A stretch of 64,000 nucleotides of DNA from Ascidiella aspersa (Eukaryota). The notes below the pieces were generated by a model. That model did no database searches. It saw only the letters and a list, made by a program, of their open reading frames with translations, and was not told where the DNA came from. Positions within the stretch are counted from its first letter, which is position 1, and the number at the start of each line of letters is the position of its first letter. Position numbers and translations under genes: made by a program. Location of the stretch: the NCBI GenBank assembly GCA_963924565.1, contig OZ004607.1, positions 14,818,001-14,882,000 of the forward strand. Reading direction: 5' to 3'. Positions 1 through 12,580 of this stretch are shown piece after piece.

Positions 1-919
1 CACGCATTCGTCACGATGCAGGCACGTGCGATTTTCCTTCAATTCAAGACCCGCTGGACGAAGCTTTGCGTACAAGGTTCATTTGCTCTGTAGGCAATGA
101 AGCAGTGCTAAAGGCAATCTTCAAAATCAACGCCGACGAGTTAAGCTTTACACGTGCAATTGAAGTGGGAATGCAAACCGAAGACGCTGCAAAGGTTGCA
201 AAGGAAACCGTGTATGGAACTCGCGGATCTGTACACAAGGTGCGCGAGTTAAAAGAAACGTTTCGATACGTCCACACCCACAATTGACAGGTTTAGGAAG
301 AATACATCTTGTTACCGATGTGGAAAACCTGATCACCTGGCACCCGATTGCCGTTATAAAAAAGGCACTTGCAAATTTTGTAAACGTATAGGCCATTTAG
401 AAAGTGTTTGCAGGAAGAAACAGGCGTCTACTTCTCCGGTTCAACATGTAAATTCGCTACTTTCGATGAAGCCAGAAGCAGATTTCAGTCCGAAACTTGA
501 GATCACCGTCAGCATAAACGGTAAAGCTTTTCTGCTAGAGGTTGACACAGCAACCAGCGGCAATTTCATTTCTGTCAATTTCTGGAAGAAAATTGGCAAA
601 CCGAGTTTAAAGGAGACTAATCAGCGTTTCAACTCCGGCAACGAAACATCCGGTGCCGATACTGGGCGCATTTGAGGCAGACGTCAAGCACAGGACATCT
701 ACATGTATAGTCTTACAATGTTTGTCTCCGAAGTGCCGCATTTAAATCTACTTGGTCGATGCGGAATCGAGGCGTTGCACATATCGTTGGACAAGTTACT
801 TTATCGTACCGATGATAAGGTAAACTTATTTATCTGACGCCAACACCCAAGTAGACGCACCATTACAACATGCTGGCAAAAAGCTTTGCGAGGAATATCC
901 GGACCTTTTCAAGGAAGAT

Positions 920-2558
920 TTGGGGTGTTTGAAGGATTTCGAACTAGAAGTGAAATTCAATAACGACGTAAAGCCCATTTTCCGCAAGCCAAGACCTGTT
1001 CCATTTGCTCTACAGAATGATGTCAATCACGCATACGATGCTGGCATCGCAAAAGGTATTTGGACTCCGGCGAAATTTAACGAGTGGGGAACACCAGTAG
1101 TTCCTATACGAAAGTCACCGCTTCCCGGACAAACCAAAGCCAAGATACGAGTTTGCGGAGACTATTCTGTAACAGTTAACCCGCAGCTATCTACACACCG
1201 CCATCCACTTCCCCTTCCTGAAGACTTGATGCGCAAGTTAAGTGTTGGTTACGGCTTTACAAAGATTGATTTAGCTGATGCCTACAACCAAATTCGGTTG
1301 GGACCAGAAAGTCGAAAGCGACTAGCTATTAGTACACACCGAGGGGTGCTATTGCAAAATGTTTTACCTTTCGGTATAACATCTGCTCCTGGGTATTTTC
1401 AATCCATCATAGACGAGATTACAAGTGATCTACGAGGTGTTACAGTTTATCTCGATGATCTTTTAGTTAGCGGATCAACGGCTGAAGAGCATGTTTACAA
1501 TCTTCGCCAACTTCTTCAACGGCTTAACGACAAAGGTCTACGCTGTCTTTGAAAAAATGTAAATTCGCGCTAGCACAAGTGGAATACTTGGGACACATTT
1601 TGTCAAAAGATGGTATTTCCAAAGGATCAAAGGTTGATGCCGTTATTAATATGTCATCACCAAAAAATGTTTCAAGCTTACGTTCTTTTCTTGGTTCGGT
1701 TCAATTCTACAGTAAATTTCTGCCATCGCAATTTTCAAGCGTGGCAGAGTCAGTGTATCGACTTACCCGGTCGAACATCGCATGGGAATGGGGTCATAAA
1801 GAGCAAGCTGCATTTTGCAGATTAAAAGAATTGCTGACAGCTGATACAGTTCTGATACATTTTAACCCAATGTTACCTATTGGGATTTCCTGCGATGCAT
1901 CAAACGTTGGAATTGGAGCAGTTTTGTTTCACCGCTATCAAGATGGAAGCGAAAGACCGATTGCCAACGTATCCAAATCACTAACTAAAACCCAGCCCAA
2001 CTACAGCCAAATTCAGAAGGAGGCTCTTGCTATCATCTTTGCGCTGAAGAAATTCTACCAATATCTATATGGTAGGAAATTTATTCTACTGACAGACCAC
2101 AAGCCACTACTGGCATTGTTCTGTCCTACTAAAGCTACGCCTGCTCTAGCTGCAAATCGCTTAGCAAGGTGGGCATTTTTTTTGGCCAATTTCAATACGA
2201 TATTGAATATCGAAAGACATCGCAACATGAAAACGCCGATGCATTCAGTCGTTTACCAGGTGGTGAGGATGCTGACTTCGACAGAGAGGAATGTGCACAT
2301 GACAGCGACACGGTTTGTGCAATCACCAGTCTTAGTTTACAAGTGCAACCCACCGATTCGGCGTTACTCCGAAAGGAAAGTGGAAAAGATCCAACTTTTT
2401 CCAAAGTTATGCGTTTTACTAGAGAAGGTTGGCCATTTACTATTGCATACAACGATCCAGTTGCAAAGTTCCGCAAGGTTGTAGATTCGTTGAGTACCAG
2501 TTATGGGTGTCTACTGTATGGTTCACGGTTAGTCATACCGGAATCACTTCGTTCTGCA
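920..2558 (+). pseudogene. Gypsy pol RT-RNase H region (frameshifted)
   Basis: ORFs 920-1552, 1549-2484 and 2169-2561 join by frameshifts into one continuous RT/RH sequence. It ends at LVIPESLRSA, the Penelope insertion site. Confidence 0.93.
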
Positions 2559-2603
2559 TAGAGAAATCAGGTGGCACTGTATAAAGACAAATTGTATTTG
2601 ATT

Positions 2604-2643
2604 CTCGACAAGCTTTCGCACAACCGTGCTTCATCAGGTCAAA
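2604..2643 (-). ncRNA. Minimal type I hammerhead ribozyme motif (PLE-associated)
   Basis: UUUGAC-CUGAUGA-A-GCAC(GGUU)GUGC-GAAA-GC-UU^GUCGAG. Stem I is UUUGAC/GUCGAG, stem II is 4 bp, and palindromic AAGCUU replaces stem III. Confidence 0.8.
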
Positions 2644-2812
2644 GTATAAATGAAAACAATTAAAATTAAAGCACAGGCGCAAGTAAAAGGCGATAAGAAT
2701 GGTGACGTCTAACATATCCACAGGCACATGCTCGCAAAAGCGTGTTACTGACGCAAAAACAATTATGCTACGATGCCTGCGCTTCAAGGTACGATGGGTG
2801 TAGTACAGCCTG

Positions 2813-3311
2813 CTATGAGGTGTAGTGTGACATAAAGCCCAAATCCCGATTGTGCCCCACATTAATGGCATCAAACTTTTTAATTATGTTTTGTTCGACT
2901 GTGAGTCTCGCTTGGGTGCCGTTACTTTCTTTTTTGATCACCGAAACTCTAAGGTCTTTTACACTGTGTGATCCTTGGTTAAAATGTTTGCCGACCGGTT
3001 TCTCCATATGTCCATGCCTTATGTCACTTTTATGTCCATTCATGCGCTTTCTGATTGTTTGTCCAGTTTCTCCAATGTATATGGTTCGGGGACATTTTAC
3101 GCATGTGATTGCGTAAACCGCATTGGTGGTATCGCAGTTGTAATTTCCGCCGACTTCAACGCTGCTGCCGTTCGGTCCTTCAATGATGTGACTTCTATTG
3201 ATATGTGAGCACAGTTCACAACGATTTTTCCCGCAGGGCAGGGTACCAAAGTTTTGCTTTTCGTCTTTAAATTTACTGGAGACGACTATGTTGCGCATGT
3301 TGCGCGGTTGA
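2813..3311 (-). pseudogene. PLE GIY-YIG endonuclease domain (C-terminal fragment of the RT-EN ORF)
   Basis: QPRNMRNIVV, Cys linker PCGKNRCELC, then AVYAITCVKC...YIGETGQTIRKRMNGH...HFN...H...EQ...GHN. The first residues of the 181-aa track ORF come from the inverted end segment and are not part of the domain. Confidence 0.9.
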
Positions 3312-3373
3312 CACCTGATTTCTCTATTTAGAATTAGGACAAATACGGCCATATACAAAGACTTCGTCCTGCA

Positions 3374-4424
3374 GTTCTACAGATCCTTCATCAAGGACAT
3401 TTTGGGATTCAACGAATGAAGCAACTAGCAAGAACTGCAGTCTATTGGCTAAATATCGATAACGACATTACTGTTCTTTGCCACAAGTGCCAAACTTGTG
3501 CTGAACATCAAAACGCTCCACCCAAGGCACCTGTACATCCATGGATGATGCCGGAAAAGCCATGGAGTCGATTACACATTGATCACGCGGTTAACTTTCT
3601 GGGAAGTAACTGGCTTGTGATGATAGATGCTCACTCAAAATACCCATGTGTACATCAAACGCAATCTATGTCATCGAGAACAACTATGGAGTTGTTGGAA
3701 CAAGATTTTGCCCATTTTGGTTACCCCCATGCTATTGTTTCCGACAATGCGCAAGCTTTTATGTCCGCCGAGTTTCAAGACTTCTGCAAACAAAGGGGCA
3801 TCGTTCATTTGACCGGAGCTCCATACTTTCCTGCTACAAATGGTGCGGCAGAACGATTAGTGCAAACTTTCAAAAAGGCACTTAAGAAGTCTTCTAAACT
3901 TCCCAAAGAGGCATTGCAAGAGTTTCTATTGCAATACAGGCGTATTCCGAACGCCAGTGGATTTTCACCAAGTGGATTACTTAACGGCAGACATTCGGGC
4001 AAAAATAGATACTCTGTTGCCTTCGCCAGCACACCTGATGCAACGTAAACAAACACAGGGAACACGACAACCCGTGAAGATCACTTCTTTTAACATTGTA
4101 GACCCATGTTACGCTTTGTATCTTGGTCCAAGACGTACCGAGGATGTTCGCTGGGTTCCTGCCACCATTATTAAACGATGTGGCAGCCGTACTTTTCATG
4201 TTAAGGTTCTTCCACGTGGTCCAATTGGGAGACGTCATATCGACCAACTACGCGCTCGATACGCGTCCGATGAGGATTTGGAACCGGGAGCGGAAGCAAG
4301 TATTCCGCAGGGCCTCACTGCTAGTGCAGATTCAGACATGTCACTGAATCACAGCTCTCCTTCATTCGGTCCCGACAATCCTCGACGAACGAAGAGATCG
4401 CGTCCCGAGCGATTTCACTTCTGA
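3374..4424 (+). pseudogene. Gypsy integrase (HHCC zinc finger and DDE core), frameshifted near 3990
   Basis: VLQILHQGHFGIQRMKQLARTAVYW...CQTC, RLHIDHA, IVSDNA, NGAAERLVQTFK. The C-terminal part lies in ORF 3957-4424. Confidence 0.93.
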
Positions 4425-4443
4425 TGAGGGTATTTCGATCTTC

Positions 4444-4453
4444 GAAGGGGAGA
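4444..4453 (+). other. Polypurine tract of the Gypsy element
   Basis: GAAGGGGAGA immediately precedes TGTTGTG, the LTR start. Confidence 0.85.
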
Positions 4454-4618
4454 TGTTGTGGTCCGTACGCGAATTTTACAGTCACGTGTTTCGTTAATTG
4501 TACCGCATTTCTTTACTGTTGTAAATTGCCAATTATCCAAGCTATGTAAGCTTGTGCCTTTCTATTCTTACGCCCTTTTCAATTCTACTCTTCGAGCGAA
4601 CAATACAAGAATACAACA
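4454..4618 (+). repeat. 3' LTR (about 165 bp)
   Basis: Starts TGTTGT right after the PPT and ends ACAACA (inverted termini). AATACA poly(A)-like signals lie near the end. The 5' LTR is not in the window, so the boundary is unconfirmed. Confidence 0.75.
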
Positions 4619-5091
4619 AAAATCATGCTAGTCGAACACTAAGGCCAAAACAGAATATTTTCTATCTAATTCTAAAAGTATGTTATAATACCTTCTAAAA
4701 ACAAGGCGTGAATGCGTTTTCGCTAAGCGAGAAAATTTTGGATTTGTTTGATATAAAAATTGCGTCAGCACGACGTTCTTTTCTCGTATTTAAACGATAC
4801 AATAAATTCTTGCGAATCCAGTTCTTTAAAGATATGACAGGCGGCATTATTACCATTGACAGGCCGGAACCAACCCGCTGCCGTAGGTTACCTTTCCTGC
4901 TTTAGACTTTTACCATTGAGGCAAGTCCATATACAATGCTTGTAGGGATTATTAACAGCACGTGTCATATAAGTGCCACCCCTTGGTTTTAACTATTAAC
5001 AAAAAACATTCCCCAAAGTTTTTAATTGCGTAAAGTTTTCGAACAAAATTTAAAAAGGGCACTGGTGATGAAAAAAGGCGTTATTTCTTAC

Positions 5092-6604
5092 ATTCAGTTC
5101 CCATGCACCCACTGCCAGGCCAATAGCTGCCCCAGATCCTGCGAGGCCGATGAAGTGCTCACTTCCTATATTGCTGACGAATAGAGAGGCTCCGACCTAG
5201 CAGAAGTAAAAAAATGTAGTTGCAGTCTACCGGACATATTTGTGTGCTTTGCAAGGTTTATGTTTCTACTTAAGTTGGTCATTTAACTTTTTGCAATATG
5301 TGCAATTGTTGACAAAACAGAAACACGCATACAGTTGCATCGTTATTATACCAAGTTTTGTTTTTGAAAAAAAAACATCTATAGTTAATATATATTGATA
5401 ATATAATATTTCGTGACATGTTTCCCAGAGAATTTAACAGCATTGCTGAATAGCTTTCTTTGACGAGGAGGTAACACTTTATGTTTTGCGTATTTTTTGT
5501 GTTTTCATGTAAAACTGTTTTATGTCACAAAAAGTTTTGTGAATAAGCCACATTTTGTTTTCAACACACCGGAAGCCAGATCATGGAGCGGCCTGCCAGG
5601 AAATATCCGCTTACGGTTCCTCTGTTTGAACGACACATAGCCTAAAAAAAGTAATGTTGTTAAATTACAATTCCATAAAACATTCAATCTAAACAAAGAA
5701 CACTTTTAAATGCAAACATATTTCATTAAAAAGCTCTCCTTAAAATGCATTTTAGCGTTTAGTGAAAGAATGTATAGATCTTCGAACTAGACTTTTTAGG
5801 TTTCAGGCCTGCTCATTGACAAATGTTTACACGCAAATTCAATATTTTTTAAGGGAATAAGGGTAAATGCTTACGACCCAACCCAACACGCATGCAACGC
5901 CTGATTAGCCCGTGATGTCCAAATAATCTTTTGAATCGCCCCGAACTAACATTTCTTTCAATAAATAGTAGGGCTCTTCAAATATTTGCTATGTAGGCCT
6001 ACAGCTCGTTTTTGTTTGCAATGCAGTGGGAGGCTTGATTATATAGAAACGCATAGTCCTAATCGGGGTTCCTTATTCTCCTGTTTTTGTGGGTATAAGA
6101 TAACGACATTGCATTATGAAATATACTTTGGTTCAAGTAAGCAACAATCGTTCGGAACTTAGATTTATTTCCTGTTTTACAAATAGGTTTCGTTTTACCC
6201 ATGCAAGAATCCACTCTAACTGAGAAATCGTAAAAGCACATACTTCAAAGTAACTTACAAAGGTTTTGGGTGTACCTTACACCACCATAGGAATGAAATA
6301 CGGAATAAAGCCGAGTTTTCTCATACTCATCTGCATAAAATCAGGTTTATTTTACATTTCTGCGTGTGCAGGTATACAGCGATTGAAATAAATTATTTTT
6401 TGGCAGGTGATAGATTTTAAGTGTACTTTTTCTTATTGTTTTCTTAATAATAACCGTACTGTTAAATGTACTCACGAATAGGCCAACTCCCACCACAAGG
6501 ACGAAATACAGCACCACGGTCACAATATCCCATGTTTCTAGACGCACCGGATCAATTCCATATTCTGGGGTGGTTGCTGCCACCTCCGTAGTTGCGTCTG
6601 CCAT
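5092..6604 (-). CDS. SLC5A3: SLC5 sodium/myo-inositol cotransporter (SLC5A3/SMIT1-like), coding exons 1-3; remainder left of the window
   Basis: Exon 6476-6604: MADATT...[18 protein letters not shown]. Exon 5570-5641: [24 protein letters not shown]. Exon 5092-5196: [35 protein letters not shown]. All are phase 0 with GT/AG boundaries. [20 protein letters not shown]...GAWE matches SMIT1 rather than SGLT1. Orthology is tentative. Confidence 0.88.
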
Positions 6605-7323
6605 CTCTGAGACAACTAAACTTTAATCTTTTTTGCTAAAGGCTACGATGTAGGATTTGTGCAATTACACCTTTAACCTGCGACCCATACACTTCATCTG
6701 ATGAGCGAAAGCCAGCTGGTTGCTGTTCTTTTCTTGTTATTTACATTAGCTGCCTTTAATGCATGAACAATCGCGAACAACAGATAGCTCCTGAATGTTT
6801 GCTTAACCGAAAGAAGAATGCATCTAACGATTCAAAGCCCACACCGTTTGTGGGTAAAGAAATTCTAATTTAACAATCGAGATTAAAGTGTTTGTTAACT
6901 TTTAGGGTTGTTGTTGAATTGTTTTGTCTATTAAAAATGCTATTAATAAAATATAGTGAGTATATTTTAGGCTTGGTTATAACAGTGAACTTCGCCAAAG
7001 TCAAAAATTCACCAAGATTAACCAATTTATAACTTAAGGCTCCAATTAGTTAATAATACTTAATCATCCTTAGCCAAGACAATGTGTCAAAACAAATCAC
7101 GCTGTTGCGTTCGCCAATCTAAACGATTTTTATGTGTACAAAACGCGTGATACATTCAAAATACATTGAATTTTCTAAACCAAAATATACCATATTCCGA
7201 GTATGTTAAGGTATACTGTAAGTTTTAATAGTATAAAAATCTGGAGGCCAATTTCCCAATAAGTTATGCGATGTCCTTATATTTCGTAAGCTTAGAAAAG
7301 AGATTGTTGATTATCTACTAGAG

Positions 7324-8089
7324 CAGTGGTCGGCAACCGCCGGTCCGCGGACCGGTACCGGTCCGCGAGATGTATATTACCGGTCCGTAGCAGGGTTGTC
7401 AAAATAAAATTTTGATTTAAACAAAAAAATGTTTTTTTGATTTAACTGTACGTGCAAACCTAAAAAAAAGTCCAAAACAATTAATTGCGTTTTATATTCA
7501 CATTAACTTTTGTTTAAATATACATCACGGTTGATCGATATGATAAAAAATCACAATTAGTATCAAGTTCTCGTTGAGGATCAAAACAATTAGTGTGTTG
7601 TGACCAGTTTTTTTTTAAGGTTTGGTTTGGGTGACCGCTAAGTAGTTTTAAGATACCGCAAGTGTTTCATTTAAATACCAAAAAGTTGCAAATCCAAAAT
7701 TTGTGAAACCGCTGGAGAAATTCGGGGGACCGTTTCGGTCCCAAGCTGGTGACACAAAGCTGGTGTAGAATAGGTAATAATGGTAGGCTATACAAGTGTG
7801 ATTTCATGGTACAAGTGTTCTCAAGATAAAACGTAAATGCCAAAAAGTTTTATTTAAGCCGCGGGCCGGGTTCAATTGCTTGGCGGGCCTAATGCCAACG
7901 GCGGGTTTCATTAGGTTCAATAATTCCTAGATGGGAGCATCTTTTTGCGGCAAAACAAGCTTAAAGTTCGCATTGATAAAAGTTCTAATAAATTTCCTTT
8001 ACTGAATATTTGTTGTTTTTTAAGGCCGGTCCGCGACAAAATTTCAGTTTTAAACCGGTCCGCAATGCAAAAACGTTTGCCGAGCCCTG
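7324..8089. mobile_element. hAT-type MITE
   Basis: Imperfect TIR CAGTGGTCGGCAAC / TTTGCCGAGCCCTG, subterminal CCGGTCCG repeats, and a perfect 8-bp TSD TACTAGAG (7316-7323, 8090-8097). Confidence 0.88.
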
Positions 8090-11000
8090 TACTAGAGCAC
8101 TACACTTGCGGCACACTATAACCGAGCTAACAAAATTCGGCGGCACACCAACAAATGTTATTCGACCATAAAAATATGATCCAAGCTAGACCAGCATTTT
8201 TTAATTAAAAAATTTTCTTAAATTCTAAAAAATAGTTTATTTTTTACAATGGCGAATCAGAGGACATTTAAGGCTTTTAAATGCTTTCGGAAAACGAAAC
8301 CTGACAATTTTGTTTTCGCACTTTTTTAATTCTTTTTACGGAACAGCAGCCAATACAAATGATACAAATGCGATCCGAAGCGATGCAAAAAATGGACAAA
8401 ATGCACTTTTGCAAAAAAAAAAATTTAACGTTGACGTCTAAAAGTAAGTCATAACGTGATAATATAATTTAAGTAATATTAGGAAGCGAGCGTTATTGAG
8501 GAGACTGCCTTCGGAGTTATGCAACTGAAGTTTAGTTAGGCTAATAAAACAATTAGGAATATTAACTTCAGCTAAATGGCAGCACCGAGCCAACCTAAAA
8601 CATAGCATGAAGCGCAAAAAAGTTGGTTTGGTGTTATTCATGATGAAGTGGCCATATTCAGACGTTATAAATTTGCACAAATCATGGACTGGATTGTTTG
8701 ACAGAACATGCTTTTGCAGAGAGTCTAAGAACATATTATTGTATGTTTTTAAGGGCCAACCCTCTGATATTGTTCGTTTTGTTTAAAGACTATTTTGAAA
8801 CATGACTTTAGTCGCTGGAGAGTAACATAGGTTTGAAAATAGTTTAAATATTATAGTGAAATCATAAAGTTCATAATGTTACAATTATATTGTATACGGT
8901 CAAAATGCCAATTGGTATACATATATAGTCGTAATTCTGCTAAAATGTTACCATAAAAATGGTAAAAAACATAAGGAACACGGTTGCGTAACAGTTTACA
9001 AGCGAAGAACCAACACGCAAATACATGACTATTGATGGAATACCTTCCGCAAAAGAAAATGCCAAGATACTGTCACCCCGTAGTACCGCCCAAACCGGCA
9101 GATATCCCAAACAGTTATTTTGTCACTTAACTAATCTGTTGACTTAAATGTAATACAAATGAATAAAATAATTTGTCAAAACAAGATTGCACAACGTAGG
9201 AGGGACGTTAAGTCCTTATTTTTGCGAGGTTTAATTTGAGCCTGAGAAGAAAGGTATTACTAAATCAAAAATTATCGACAAACGCAAGTAAAAAAATATC
9301 TTTGATCTTAACTTGAAATATTTCTCATCAGGCGGTTCATATGAAGCTGGTTGGAAAATGTTCCATTTATCAATTATTATTTATAATATTATAGACACAG
9401 AATCGCACTCCGTAGTTGGTTCATGCATACTAACGTTACGTGTTGATTTGAATGCGTCGAACTATATGCAAAATGTCAAGAATTTGAAGTATTATCAAAA
9501 GACACACTAAGTGGTTCTCCAACTTTTCTAAATGGTCGACATCTTTCTTTAGCACTCAACGCCTTGTGACCCCCTTGTTCATGTTTAGGACAAATGCGTC
9601 ATGAAACATCACTTGGAAGAAGTGTTTTATGAAAACCACAAATTAAGGCCTGGATTCCAGTTGTTGTACATGTGTGAGTATGTAAGTTTCAGATCCTGTA
9701 TTCAGTGTTGATGTTATATTGGCATCTAAAGACACTAGCTGGATTTCACCGCAGAAAACGTGCCTCTAAGTAAGGGATCGGGAAAAAATGTAACCAAAGT
9801 AGCATTTGAGGAACTGAAGCAGATATTGTAGGCAGATTTCCTAGAAATCAAAAATATTCAGTATTTGGTTTGGTATTAATTTGGAAGACCGTTTTTCAAC
9901 GGAATGGACGGTCGTAATTTGTATACTTTTTGTGAGATACGGGGTGTCGGCTTTGGAAATACGTGTACAAACCCTATATAACCGCTAATAAAATAGTCGA
10001 AGGTTTGCCATCAAAAGGAAGTCCCTTTTCTGATTATAGATTATTAGTAGGGAATTAACGTTTACCCGTAATTTAATAGTTTACCGAGTCAGGAACCTTG
10101 GTTTAAACCTAAACATCATTTCGTTTTCTCGCATAAGACAATATCTATTTGCATTGGTCTATAATAATATTTCTCAATTAACTTTTAACACCACTCACTG
10201 ATGTATTATTGTGGTTTATAGAACACCTTAATAACGTTTAAACTTAGTGCAATCTTTGGACGTACACATTTGACGTTGGACTTGTAGTCAAAACGTTATT
10301 GGCGTGGTGTCCACGATAACTGATACTTTTCTATAAAAAGAAACACTATTAACGCTGCGGTATTGCAACATCTGGTAAAATGACATTTTTGATCAAATAA
10401 GTCACTTTATTAAAAAAATTTTGGTTTGATGAAGAAAAATGTAAGGGTCTATGAAAAAAAATTCTGCTCCAATGCATTCGCAGAAGATGTCACACAGGGC
10501 AAAAAGTAGTGAAAAAAATTAAACAGAAAAAAATAAGGATCCACAGACCAATACAAACTCAAAGCTGTTCCATATGTTTAGCCAAAACTGCAAAAAATCT
10601 TGCTCGCCAATCGAAACGACCAAAACAGGAAGCCAATAAATCTTTATATGATTGTTTTCAAGCAAAGGCTCGGATAAATGCAAGGCTCGCAATAATTATC
10701 TTCAATCTAGGGTTAGGCTATGTGTGGCAATGATATATTACAATAGTGTGATTATTTGGTAATAATTTACTATATTTATATAATTTACTATTTAAGCTAG
10801 TGGTGTAAAAGCATCTATTCTATAGCAAAGGCTCCCAAATGGATTCCGTGATAAGCTTAGATTAAATGTACCGCCCAACGTAAACAGGTTATTTTATTTA
10901 ATTTTTTCGTAAGATTTAGTGCGTTTCATTCATTGTGAAGCGTCCTCGACTGATAAAGGGTAGGCCTATAGATACGTTTAGGCGCCGACGTTAGGCGCAT

Positions 11001-12580
11001 GTTTTTCCTTTGGTCAATTTGCCACTGTTCGGGCACTGTTTACCCTTAACCTAATTTGGGAAAGTGGTGGGTAACGCATAAGACTACAGCTTATAAGTTG
11101 TTATTGAAATTATAAAGGCATGTCAATATTTTAGTTAAAACCGAAAGGCTGTCCACTTTAAACCGGAAAGCATCAGCAAATCCAGGATATTTTGTGTGAT
11201 AAATAGCAATCGAGGGTTGATAAAAAATTTGTCAAACTAAAATTTGCACTCTCTAGTCAGGAGAGTGTGTATTGCGTAACAATTAGCACTCGGCCTAACA
11301 GTCACCGAAGTTGTTGGTAATTTATTTGCGAATTTTCTTCGTAAAGTAATTTTTGACAATTTTCCCTTATAACTGAAATGCAGCAGTCACACTTTCTTAA
11401 ACAAATCTAAGTTATTAATTGCCCCTTTAAGGCCTGAACTATTGTTTTGTTAATCAGGTGGACTCTTAATGAATCTATGCTAGCCGTCTTTTACCTTTTT
11501 TGACTGACCTACAAAGTTTTATACCGTTACGCTAGCCGGCCAACTGATGTTGTAGTAATTTAAGTAACCACAGCTTCATGACCGACAGCAGTCCAATTAT
11601 TTTTTAGCATTCCAAAGTTAGGCGACAAGGAATTTTATGGTTAACAGCCTTAAGGAATTGACCTTGACAAGGGTCTATATAACATATTACCACTAGCGTA
11701 TTTAGTGGAGGGGGGCATCGTGTCATGCCCCCCCTTATGAAATTTTGACCGGCTGTTTTTGTATTAAATCTTGCAATTCAAGACAAAACTGTAAATAGCA
11801 ATGTGCGCTATTTTGTTCAATGTGCGTAACGCATTCATGCACGTCACACTTCTCAGTAACAATGCATGTCAATCTAGGCCACTTGGCGTCCAACTGCGCG
11901 TATGACGTAACAAGGGATTTTATAATAGCTTTGTTATGTCACATTCATACAAGTGAAGATAATTCACAATATGATTAAGAGGCAATCCCTGTTAGAAAGA
12001 ACTGTGTTGATAGATTAAACGTAGGCTACTATTGTTTAAAATGAAGCGAGGTAATAAAATAAACGCATATTTTTGCTAAAACGCAAAACGGCCTCGGAAA
12101 ATTCAGAATCAGAAATAGCCTCGACAAGACAGGGTAACAAATCTCCCAGACTTTTGAATTACTTTCGGATGCTATTTCGCGATTAGATATTGAACATGCC
12201 ATTGATAAACCAGTTATTGATGGCAGGAAGCGATTGGAATTACTGGACAATGTTTGAGGGAGGTGTGCGAGTTTATTCCATTCTTCATTCGTTTCCGTTA
12301 AAAAAACCATACCAATTGTTACACGTATACGATCGAATCGTGACCATAACGTTCGTTACTTACAGCAACAGTAAGGGCTTCACTGGGCCTTGAGCTAACC
12401 AGCATTTAGTTGATATTGCGAGTTTATTAGGCACAATACAGGTGCTAACAAATGACCTAAAAAGCACCAGAACAGACCTAAATGACCTAAAAGGCACCAG
12501 AACAGCAGGGGAAGGGTATGGTACGACTCATTTGGGTGCCCCAGTTAAACGTCGCCGTTCGGGTACGCCGTTGTTTTCGC

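Larger units (their letters stand above)
2559..3360 (-). mobile_element. 5'-truncated Penelope-like element (Neptune-like) inserted in Gypsy pol
   Basis: GIY-YIG ORF plus a 3' pLTR with a hammerhead motif. Flanked by a 13-bp TSD: ACTTCGTTCTGCA (2546-2558) and ACTTCGTCCTGCA (3361-3373). Removing the insert restores Gypsy LRSA-VLQILH. Confidence 0.93.
1..4618 (+). mobile_element. Ty3/Gypsy LTR retrotransposon (Mag/K02A2.6-like), defective, 5' part outside the window
   Basis: Domain order is gag, PR, RT, RH, INT. Two CCHC knuckles (CYRCGKPDHLAPDC and CKFCKRIGHLESVC, about 310-411). Protease LEVDTATSG...LLGR (about 530-760). RT with DLADAY, LPFG and YLDD (920-1552). RNase H CDAS...DHKPL (1549-2200). 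Integrase HQGH...CQTC and HID/SDN/AER core (3380-3990). PPT and 3' LTR follow. Frameshifts near 250, 635, 1549, 2180 and 3990. Confidence 0.97.

Noticed and set aside
4421-4450. CTGATGAG...CGAAG hammerhead-like sequence at the Gypsy 3' end
   Set aside because: It has GAAG instead of GAAA and is fully explained by tandem stop codons plus the PPT.
6698-6712. CTGATGAGCGAAAGC hammerhead-like core upstream of the SLC5 start codon
   Set aside because: There is no stem II between CUGAUGA and GAAA, no NUH cleavage site or stem I pairing, and no TSD. Likely chance.
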